From Eubacteriales bacterium (lineage in GTDB: Bacteria; Bacillota; Clostridia; Oscillospirales; CAG-382), in NCBI GenBank assembly GCA_045598975.1, contig JAZRVE010000062.1:18815-82814 (forward strand): a stretch of DNA of 64,000 nt. The letters are read 5' to 3'. A program made the position numbers and the translations under genes. This document shows positions 1 through 7,261 of the stretch, in pieces (within the stretch, counting starts at the first letter, position 1; each line of letters opens with the position of its first letter). A model generated the notes under the pieces. That model was not told the DNA's origin. It worked only from the letters and a program-made list of their open reading frames with translations, and did no database searches.

Positions 1-1247
1 ACGATCATGCCGCAGTAAATGTCGGTATCGGCGCTGTTGGAAATATCGTAACTCTCGATGCGTTCGGGGACGACTTCCAGACGAAGCAGTTCGGCAAGGC
101 GGATCAGCAGATCGGAATCGTTTTCCTCCCGTGCTTTCCGCGTGCGGATGGCTTCTTTTGCGTTTTCCACCGCCATGGCGCACAGTTCTTTGTTTTTTCC
201 GCGCTTGGGGGTGCGTACGTACACCGTGCGTCCCGCCTTTTCGGAGAGCATTTCCGAAAGGGCGCTTTCCGTTTCGTCTGTCAGATCGAATGACAGCGTG
301 ATCTCGCCGGGAATGATTTCGCCGCTTGGATAATAGCGTGCCACGAGATCGGCGAGCTCTTCGGGATCGGAGATCTCGTCAGGCGCTAAAAAGAGGATGT
401 CCTTGTCGATGATGACGCCGTTTCGCACGAGCAGAACGGCGATCGCCGAATAAGTTTCGGATTCGAAAAAGCCGAAAATGTCCTTTTGCACGTCCGGCGT
501 CGTTTTGATCTTCTGCCTGTCGGAAAGAGAGGCGAGATGCCGGATGCTGTCGCGATATTTGGCGGCGGTCTCAAAGCGGAGCGCTTTTGCGGCGGCGTTC
601 ATTTTCTCTTTGAGGGAGTTTTCCGCCTTTTCGTAGTCTCCTTTGAGGATCATCTCGACTTCTTTGAATGTTTCCGCAAATTCTTCTTCGGAAACCGTTC
701 CCATGCAGGGCGCCGCACATTTGTCGATGTGATAATTGAGGCAGGGACGGCAGACGGCTTTTCCGAAATGAAAAGATTTGCCGCAGGTGGGCAGTTTGAA
801 GGTCGTCTGAATGGTCTGTATGATGTCGCGTGCCGCAGGAGCGGATGGGTAGGGACCGAAGTATTTGGCCTTGTCGTTTCGCCGCGTATGGCAGAGAAGG
901 ATATGCGGATACGCGTCCGCCGTTACCTTGATATAGGGGTAGGTTTTGGAATCTTTTAGCTTGATGTTGTATTTTGGTGTGTGAAGCTTGATGAGCTCGT
1001 TTTCCAGGATAAAGGCTTCGGCTTCCGTGGACGTGACGATGATCTCAAAATCGGCGATGTGGGAAACTAACTTCTGCGTTTTGAAGGTGAGCGTATCGGA
1101 AGACTGAAAATAACTGGAAACGCGGTTTTTTAAGTTTTTGGATTTCCCGACGTAGATGATCGAGCCGGCGGCGTTTTTCATGAGATACACGCCCGGAGAA
1201 TGGGGCAGAACCGACAGTTTTTCTTCGATAATCTGATTTCTCGGCAT
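1..1247 (-). CDS. uvrC: Excinuclease ABC subunit C (UvrC), N-terminal ~415 aa; the gene runs off the left edge of the window
   Basis: Absent from the supplied ORF track because there is no stop in the window. My own translation from ATG (minus) at 1247 gives 'MPRNQIIEEKLSVLPHSPGVYLMKNAAGSIIYVGKSKNLKNRVSSYF', a GIY-YIG motif. Later come 'CRPCLNYHIDKCAAPC', the UVR-like 'AAKALRFETAAKYRDSIRHL', and 'RIESYDISNS' near position 1. The frame stays open throughout. Confidence 0.9.
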   Translation of the reverse strand, partial: MPRNQIIEEKLSVLPHSPGVYLMKNAAGSIIYVGKSKNLKNRVSSYFQSSDTLTFKTQKLVSHIADFEIIVTSTEAEAFILENELIKLHTPKYNIKLKDSKTYPYIKVTADAYPHILLCHTRRNDKAKYFGPYPSAPAARDIIQTIQTTFKLPTCGKSFHFGKAVCRPCLNYHIDKCAAPCMGTVSEEEFAETFKEVEMILKGDYEKAENSLKEKMNAAAKALRFETAAKYRDSIRHLASLSDRQKIKTTPDVQKDIFGFFESETYSAIAVLLVRNGVIIDKDILFLAPDEISDPEELADLVARYYPSGEIIPGEITLSFDLTDETESALSEMLSEKAGRTVYVRTPKRGKNKELCAMAVENAKEAIRTRKAREENDSDLLIRLAELLRLEVVPERIESYDISNSADTDIYCGMI

Positions 1248-1378
1248 AGGCACCTCTTAACAAAACAAAAAAGGAGTATCCAAACCGATACTCCTTTGCG
1301 GACAAAATGACAACGGTTTGAAAAAACGTAAGAAGAGAAAACGCTTTGACAAACTGTATGCGAAAAAAGACAGCGAGG

Positions 1379-1642
1379 TTACTTGGAAAGACCGGTCGCA
1401 ATGAGTGCGGCGAGAGAATCGACGGCATCCTGCTCATCCGAGCCGTCCGCCGTAATGAGAATCTTCATATCCATGGTGATACCGAGCGAAAGAACGCCGA
1501 GAAGACTCTTGGCATTGGCACGGCGATCGCCGTTTTCGATCCAGACGGAGCTCTTGAAGGTGTTGGCTTTCTGAATGAAGAGCGTAGCAGGTCTTGCGTG
1601 GAGTCCTTCCATATTCTTGACGATTACTTCTTTGGTTGTCAT
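1379..1642 (-). CDS. ptsH: Phosphocarrier protein HPr
   Basis: 'MTTKEVIVKNMEGLHARPATLF' places the catalytic His at residue 15. 'AKSLLGVLSLG' supplies the Ser46 regulatory site. I trimmed the ORF from 1672 to the ATG at 1642 so that His falls at position 15. Confidence 0.93.
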   Translation of the reverse strand: MTTKEVIVKNMEGLHARPATLFIQKANTFKSSVWIENGDRRANAKSLLGVLSLGITMDMKILITADGSDEQDAVDSLAALIATGLSK

Positions 1643-1683
1643 AGCAAACGTTCCTTTCCCAAGTCGTATCATATAACAGTGTA

Positions 1684-1712
1684 ATTATAGCAAGTTTTTA
1701 CGAAAAAATCAA
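1684..1712 (-). promoter_or_regulatory. Sigma-A-type promoter upstream of ptsH
   Basis: On the minus strand: TTGATT, 17 nt, TATAAT (plus-strand 'aatcaa' at 1707-1712 and 'attata' at 1684-1689). It lies about 40 nt upstream of the ptsH start. Confidence 0.6.
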
Positions 1713-1805
1713 CAATATCGGAAATTTTTTTACATTTTGACGTAAAAGTCAATTCAAAAAGAGAATTTGCGATAAAACTATGCAATTTCACGAATAATTC
1801 ACGCC

Positions 1806-2264
1806 TTATTCGGCGGAGATGCCGGTAACGAGCCCGGTAAAGGAAAAGACGGGCGTGTAAAAGGTGCGGGTGTCGCCATAGAGAAGCGTGGAGGAATCGG
1901 CAAAGCGGAGCGTCGTATCACCGACCGACTCGGCGGACGCCGTGACTGTTACCGTCATGTCGACTTTGTCGGGATGAATGTGAGCGGGGAGCGTGGGATA
2001 CCCTTGCGCATAAGTGAGCTTGATATCCGCGACGGTGCCGCATTCGGTCTCGTCGGGCAGGAGACGGAGCGTGTCACCGACGGCAAGAGAGGAAGAAAAG
2101 GCGGCGTCCATCCCCTTGACGGATACGGTATACGAAACGGTGCGCTGCTGCATCCCGACGGACAGATTTTTGAGGACAAAAACGCGGAAGAGCGTAAACA
2201 GAAGCAGCAGAACGATCAGAACGATGAGAATGATGTCAAGAATATTGAATTTCGTAGATTTCAT
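1806..2264 (-). CDS. Small N-terminally membrane-anchored protein (DUF4330-like; family recalled from memory, tentative)
   Basis: N-terminal TM 'FNILDIILIVLIVLLLLFTLF' is followed by a ~120-aa soluble domain. It has the same architecture and similar motifs as the next gene ('VSYTVSVKG' versus 'VSYVLRITG'). Confidence 0.6.
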   Translation of the reverse strand: MKSTKFNILDIILIVLIVLLLLFTLFRVFVLKNLSVGMQQRTVSYTVSVKGMDAAFSSSLAVGDTLRLLPDETECGTVADIKLTYAQGYPTLPAHIHPDKVDMTVTVTASAESVGDTTLRFADSSTLLYGDTRTFYTPVFSFTGLVTGISAE

Positions 2265-2269
2265 GTTGA

Positions 2270-2752
2270 TTATGCCTCCTGCGGTAATACCGAAAGAACG
2301 GTGAGCGAGTCATAGTAAAACGGCAGTAATACCGAGAGCGGATGATTGGCGGAAAGATAATCGTTTCCGCAGAGATAGTGCCCGTCCTGCAAGGGGCAGG
2401 ATGTCTGCACGTTTACGTACAGCGTATAGCGGTCGGGAATGCTGACTTCCGTGTAGCGGTTGGCGTCCGCGTCAAAAACAACGGACGTCTGAGGCTTTGC
2501 CGCAAGAGAAACGACCGTGCCGACCGATGTTTGCGTAACGGCGTGAATGAGGTCGTCGTCCTCTTTCAGAAGTCCGGTGTCTTCATAGGACACGCCGGTA
2601 ATGCGCAGAACGTAGGAGACCGGTTGCTGCTTGGCGTTGAAATAGCCGGAAAAATGGAAGAAGGCAAAGGCGGCGGCAAGCAGAAAAAGAAGGATCAGCA
2701 AGGCGTCGATCACGGTAAAATGCGGGCGGTTCCGGGTTTCGGTTGGAGTCAT
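2270..2752 (-). CDS. Small N-terminally membrane-anchored protein, paralog of 1806..2264 (DUF4330-like, tentative)
   Basis: TM 'VIDALLILLFLLAAAFAFF' followed by 'QPVSYVLRITGVSYED'. The start is ambiguous: the ORF opens at 2761, but the second ATG at 2752 has better spacing to 'gaaagga'. Confidence 0.6.
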   Translation of the reverse strand: MTPTETRNRPHFTVIDALLILLFLLAAAFAFFHFSGYFNAKQQPVSYVLRITGVSYEDTGLLKEDDDLIHAVTQTSVGTVVSLAAKPQTSVVFDADANRYTEVSIPDRYTLYVNVQTSCPLQDGHYLCGNDYLSANHPLSVLLPFYYDSLTVLSVLPQEA

Positions 2753-2785
2753 ACGGAGCATCCTTTCTGTTTTTGACAGGGATCG

Positions 2786-4636
2786 TCAGAATGATTGTCG
2801 GACTTCGTCGGGAAGACCGACGGGAATGGTGTCATGCGCGGAGGCGGTAGGAGAAGCAATGCCGAGAGAGGCAATGAGAAAGATGAGCGTCAGCAGGCAA
2901 GGATCGGCTGTGACGTTGCAGAAAAAGCCGGCGATCATGGCGGAAACCAAAGCCGAAAAGAGAACGGCGGTGCGCTTTCTGACCTGTTTCGGAAGATCGG
3001 GGGAAACGGAAAAAACAAGAGAGCGAAGCGGAAGTACGAAAAAGGCGAGCAACACGGCGATAAAAAGGGGAAGCCCGAAGATCCACATTAAGGAGGCGTA
3101 GGTGTTGCTGTTGGATAAAGTCGCAAACGGCGTGATGCCGATGCCGGTAAGAAGAACGGAGACCGAATCGAGCCCCGACATATCGGCAAACACCGGAATG
3201 GAGGGGTCTTCAAAAACGGAAAGTAAGAAGGTCTGCGTCTGTGAAAAGAGGTTTTCGGGAATAAAATAACGAACGGAAAAGCCGATAAGAACGAGAGAGA
3301 GAAGGATGAGCCATCCGCGTCTGTTGAAGAAGAGGAGATACACGGCATAGGCAATAAGCACCGACAGATAGGCGTATCCGGTATGCAGAAAGAGCATATC
3401 GAAAACAAGGAAAAACGTGGAAAACAGCGGCAGAAGCGCCATGTTATAATGCGAATGCGAGAAAAAGAGGGGCAAAAGCAGACAAAGATAAGCCGCGGTG
3501 TCGGCACCGGAACGCATAGCGGGAAAGGAAAGGGACGGCAGGGCGGGGAGAAGATCCGCCATGAGAAGAGTGGAAAGCAGATCCCACGCGCAGACAAGAG
3601 AGAGCAGAAAAGCGGATAAAGACAGCATACGCATACATTTTTTGCTCATGTCGGTGGAGCGTACGAGAGAGAGGACGCATATGCCGGCAAGCACGGCGGA
3701 AACGGTTTCCAGCATGGGGAAGAGCGGCAGATGACGGTAGGAAACAAAGCAGGCGAGCAAAACGGCGGTAAGAAGAAAGAACAGAAGGATCATGGAAAAA
3801 GAAAGCGGAAACGCACGTTTTGCACGGAGTACCTTGAAAAGGTAGGAAAAGAAAGTCAAGAAACTGAGCAGACAAAGCCATCTGACATCGAGAAACGGAG
3901 TAAAAAAGCAAAGGAGCAGGACGCCGTTTTCGGGGTGCGTGATAACGAGATAAAAGACGAATACGGCGGCGAGCGTCAGAAGCACGGGCTTTGGCGAGAC
4001 GACGTAGGAAAACACGCCGCACAGAAGACCGAAAATAAGGGAAAATTCCGTCGTCATGCGAACGGGCAGAGCGCTTGCCTTTTCAATGTCGTTGATGCGG
4101 AAAAGGGAGTCGGAGAAGGGTGAGAAAAAGGAACTGCCGCGTATGAGAGAGGCAAGGCTGATTTGGGAAAACGGGAGCATGAACAGCGACAGGATGACGA
4201 GAAACAGAGAGAAAATAAAGGAATCGCTGAATTGCAGATGACGGAGACGGTCAAAACCGTTGAGAAGATTGGCGGAAAGGATAAAAAGCCCGAAGCTTAA
4301 AAAATAGATGCCGAAGGAACGGAGGCTTGACGAAAAGAAACGAAGGCTTGCCACATGAAAGCGGGAGACGAGAAAACTGTTTTCCGATCTTTCGGCAAAA
4401 GCGAGTTTGAAAGAAAGTTTTTGCCGATAAAAGGCGGGATGCTCGGTCAGAACCGAAGAAAGAAACGATTTTCCGAAAAGGGATTCGGCGCGGCTGTCGC
4501 GAAAAAGAAAAGAAAGAATGCGGCTGGAAGAAACAAGCGAAGAGAATATGCCGGTAAATTTCTTTCCCCAATGGGAAAAGCGCGCTTTCCGCGCTTCCGG
4601 AGAAAACAGAGAGGCTTTATGCAAAACCGTCACCAC
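2786..4636 (-). CDS. Large polytopic integral membrane protein, possibly O-antigen-ligase/Wzy_C-like (tentative)
   Basis: 616-aa ORF dominated by hydrophobic segments (more than 10 predicted TM by eye, rich in L/F/S). It sits immediately upstream, in the same orientation, of the two anchored paralogs. The start is uncertain (GTG at 4636 or TTG at 4627). Confidence 0.5.
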   Translation of the reverse strand: MVTVLHKASLFSPEARKARFSHWGKKFTGIFSSLVSSSRILSFLFRDSRAESLFGKSFLSSVLTEHPAFYRQKLSFKLAFAERSENSFLVSRFHVASLRFFSSSLRSFGIYFLSFGLFILSANLLNGFDRLRHLQFSDSFIFSLFLVILSLFMLPFSQISLASLIRGSSFFSPFSDSLFRINDIEKASALPVRMTTEFSLIFGLLCGVFSYVVSPKPVLLTLAAVFVFYLVITHPENGVLLLCFFTPFLDVRWLCLLSFLTFFSYLFKVLRAKRAFPLSFSMILLFFLLTAVLLACFVSYRHLPLFPMLETVSAVLAGICVLSLVRSTDMSKKCMRMLSLSAFLLSLVCAWDLLSTLLMADLLPALPSLSFPAMRSGADTAAYLCLLLPLFFSHSHYNMALLPLFSTFFLVFDMLFLHTGYAYLSVLIAYAVYLLFFNRRGWLILLSLVLIGFSVRYFIPENLFSQTQTFLLSVFEDPSIPVFADMSGLDSVSVLLTGIGITPFATLSNSNTYASLMWIFGLPLFIAVLLAFFVLPLRSLVFSVSPDLPKQVRKRTAVLFSALVSAMIAGFFCNVTADPCLLTLIFLIASLGIASPTASAHDTIPVGLPDEVRQSF

Positions 4637-4664
4637 CTTTTTTGAAAAATCGGGAAAATCGGGA

Positions 4665-5405
4665 TCATTCGGCGCCGTCTAAACGCAGGCTTTCGAGGTA
4701 CAGAATATCTTCGCGGGTAAGAGGGGCATCGTTCAGCAGATCGGGACGGCATTGCCGCGTCTTTTCAAGAGCGGCACGCCTCTGCCACAGAAGAATGTCT
4801 TTGTGATTGCCGTTCTGCAATACCTCCGGCACGCACATGCCTTCGTAAACGGCGGGCTTTGTGTATTGCGGATGTTCGAGAAGCCCGGAAGCGATGCTTT
4901 CGTTTTCGTAGCATTCGCTGTCGGGCAGAACGCCGTCTATCAGCCGGGAGACCGTGTCGATGAGAACGGCGCAGGGCAGTTCGCCGCCGGTGAGAACGAA
5001 ATCGCCGATGGAGATTTCCTCGTCCACTACCGATTCGATGACGCGCTCGTCGATGCCCTCATAGTGTCCGCAAAGTAGGATGAGCGTGTCATACGAACGC
5101 AGTTCCAGCGCTTTTTTGTGAGAAAAAACGGTGCCGCGCGGGGAAAAGTAAATCGTCCGTACCTTTCCCTCGGCGTCTGCGGATGCCGCTTTGTGACAGT
5201 CGAGAAGCGGCTGAGGCGCCATGATCATGCCGTAGCCGCCGCCGTAGGGCGTGTCGTCCACCCGACGGTGCTTGTCAAGGGAATAGTCGCGTATGTTGTA
5301 GTAATCCACCCGGATATGCCCGGCGCTCTGCGCCCGCCCGAGGATGCTGGCATCGGTGTAGGGCTTAATGACTTCCGGAAACAGCGTCAGCACTTTGAAA
5401 ATCAT
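4665..5405 (-). CDS. trmD: tRNA (guanine37-N1)-methyltransferase
   Basis: 'MIFKVLTLFPEVI...DDTPYGGGYGMIM...ICGHYEGIDERV...SIGDFVLTGGELPA'-type TrmD signature. Its start overlaps the rimM stop by 4 nt. Confidence 0.93.
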   Translation of the reverse strand: MIFKVLTLFPEVIKPYTDASILGRAQSAGHIRVDYYNIRDYSLDKHRRVDDTPYGGGYGMIMAPQPLLDCHKAASADAEGKVRTIYFSPRGTVFSHKKALELRSYDTLILLCGHYEGIDERVIESVVDEEISIGDFVLTGGELPCAVLIDTVSRLIDGVLPDSECYENESIASGLLEHPQYTKPAVYEGMCVPEVLQNGNHKDILLWQRRAALEKTRQCRPDLLNDAPLTREDILYLESLRLDGAE

Positions 5406-5920
5406 CGGATCTCCTCCGCTTGATCGAACATGCCGGCGATGGGGCGCACGGCGATGCCTTTTTCCGTATCGACGGCTATGATAAACTCTTTCACGGCGGG
5501 AACGAAGTATTCGTTTTTGCCGTCGGATATAGCGTAAATGTCCGACGCACCGCGGTTGAAGACCTCTTTTACTTTTCCGTATACGGTTCCGGTATCGGTA
5601 TCATAGACCGGAAGCCCGATAAGATCGTCGATAAACACACTGCCTTCCGTAAGCGGAAGATCGCCGCGGTCGGCGTACAGCACGCGGCCGCGGAGCGCGT
5701 CTGCCTGCTCGGGGGTAGAAACGCCTTCAAGAAGCAGATAGCCGCAGCCCTTGTACACCTTTGCGGAAAGCACGGCGCGTCCGTCTTTTCCCGCCGGGTC
5801 AAGGTACAGTTTTTTCAAGGCGCAGAGCGCCTGCGGCGTGTCGCAGTAGGTTTCGACTTTGAGCTCGCCTTTTATGCCGCGTTTGTTGATGATTTTTCCG
5901 GCTTCGAGATATTGTTTCAT
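5402..5920 (-). CDS. rimM: 16S rRNA processing protein RimM
   Basis: 'MKQYLEAGKIINKRGIKGELKV' is a typical RimM N-terminus, and a PRC-barrel-like C-terminus follows. I trimmed the 259-aa ORF to the ATG at 5920. The upstream extension is a P/S/R-rich shadow that overlaps the FkbM gene. Confidence 0.88.
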   Translation of the reverse strand: MKQYLEAGKIINKRGIKGELKVETYCDTPQALCALKKLYLDPAGKDGRAVLSAKVYKGCGYLLLEGVSTPEQADALRGRVLYADRGDLPLTEGSVFIDDLIGLPVYDTDTGTVYGKVKEVFNRGASDIYAISDGKNEYFVPAVKEFIIAVDTEKGIAVRPIAGMFDQAEEIR

Positions 5921-5936
5921 GCGGAATCCTTTCCGG

Positions 5937-7037
5937 TCATCGGCGGGATGGCGCGATATAGACGTTGGCGTCCCAGCCGGGAATATAAGGAAAATGACGG
6001 ATATACAGTGAAAAACCGTCTTCGTAGAGGGACGTGAGGAAGCTCGGCAAAGCAAACAGATCTTCCACGCGGTGATAGACGGCACAGCCGACGACGGGGC
6101 GGGAGGCGCGGATAGTCCCGGCAAGCCCACGCACGACGGCAAGATCGGCGCCCTCGGCGTCGATTTTGATGTAATCGGCACGCAGGTCTGTGGCGGAATC
6201 GGCGGGGTACGCGGGGATGAGCGTTACCTTTTCGCCGGCGTGCGACGTGGTATGGGCGCTTGCGCGTCCCGAACGCGCGTAGAACGAAAGCGTCTCCTCT
6301 TTGTCCCACGCGGCGGCGTTGTGAAGAGAGATATCGGATATCCCGAGTTCTTTCGCCGTTTGCCGCAATTTTTTGAAATTGCGTGCATCCGGCTCGAAGC
6401 AGACAGCGGAAATATCTTGTCCGGCAAAGGAAACGTATTCCCGCAAGGTGTCGCCGTTGTAAGCGCCGATGTCGACGTACCTGTCGCCGCCCTTCGGACG
6501 GATGACGGTGTGATAGACTTCCGCGACGTCAGTTTCGCAGTCTTTGAGGTAGTCGATCTTTCCGGTGATCTTGTGCGCGATAAGATCAAGATAGGCACGG
6601 CGCGACAGATCGTCGGAGAGGGTATCGTAAACCGAGCGGAAAAGCGCGGCATTGTTCAAAAAATAGGATTTGTCAAATATTCCCTGTCCGAAGACCGGAA
6701 CATCCGGCGCGTATAGCTCGTCGGTTTCATTAAGATTATATATGCTTTTCATGACGTTGTCAAGTCGTGTGGCAAAAGAGACGAGAATGATACACTTGCC
6801 GAGTGAGCGCCGGAGTGTCGCGTAGTCCGTGAGATCAAAACCGTGAAAGGTCTTGTGCCTCACGAAGCCGTCGCTTGCAAAGACGCCGGAAATGCGGATA
6901 TTCTTGCTTTCACAGACGGCGAGAATCTTGTCGGCACCGTCGCCCATGCCGTAGAGAACGATGGGCTTGTCGGCGTTTTGCAGATGTTCCCACAGATCGG
7001 GCAGATTCGACAGCTCGTCGAAATTCCGTAAAAGCAT
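5937..7037 (-). CDS. FkbM-family SAM-dependent methyltransferase
   Basis: 'YVDIGAYNGDTLREY...CFEPDARNFKKL...YIKIDAEGADLAVVRG' matches FkbM-type methyltransferase motifs. The start was moved to the ATG at 7037, preceded by 'aggag'. Confidence 0.75.
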   Translation of the reverse strand: MLLRNFDELSNLPDLWEHLQNADKPIVLYGMGDGADKILAVCESKNIRISGVFASDGFVRHKTFHGFDLTDYATLRRSLGKCIILVSFATRLDNVMKSIYNLNETDELYAPDVPVFGQGIFDKSYFLNNAALFRSVYDTLSDDLSRRAYLDLIAHKITGKIDYLKDCETDVAEVYHTVIRPKGGDRYVDIGAYNGDTLREYVSFAGQDISAVCFEPDARNFKKLRQTAKELGISDISLHNAAAWDKEETLSFYARSGRASAHTTSHAGEKVTLIPAYPADSATDLRADYIKIDAEGADLAVVRGLAGTIRASRPVVGCAVYHRVEDLFALPSFLTSLYEDGFSLYIRHFPYIPGWDANVYIAPSRR

Positions 7038-7261
7038 AATCCATACTCCTTTGCACAAAATTTGCCGATAAAGAATAAAATTAACAATTTGACTGAAAAA
7101 AAGTCCCGCGCGTTTCAACAAGGTCATGTAGTATTATACCATATCTCACGGTACAATACTTATTGTATATGAAATTCCCGCCGTTTCAAGTGTTATTTTT
7201 GAACATATCGGGAATTTCCGACAAATATTTTCAAAAAAAACAGGAAAGGAACGATATATCT

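Noticed and set aside
1736-1751. A palindrome, 'ttgacgtaaaagtcaa', upstream of the ptsH promoter, considered as a CRP/FNR-type or cre operator.
   Set aside because: Only 5-bp arms with a 6-nt spacer, and it does not match the cre (WTGNAANCGNWWNCAW) or TGTGA-N6-TCACA consensus. It could easily occur by chance in AT-rich DNA.
5921-6181. 5' extensions of ORF-track entries: rimM 5402..6181, uxuA 16137..17639, the histidine kinase 22565.., luxS ..24784, AraC ..16481 and 56262.., and the SLH protein from 7163.
   Set aside because: The extensions overlap neighbouring genes or run antisense through them, and they lack homology-like sequence. Internal ATGs preceded by GGAGG-like sites give N-termini that match the family, for example His15 in HPr and 'MKMTFRWYG' in UxuA.
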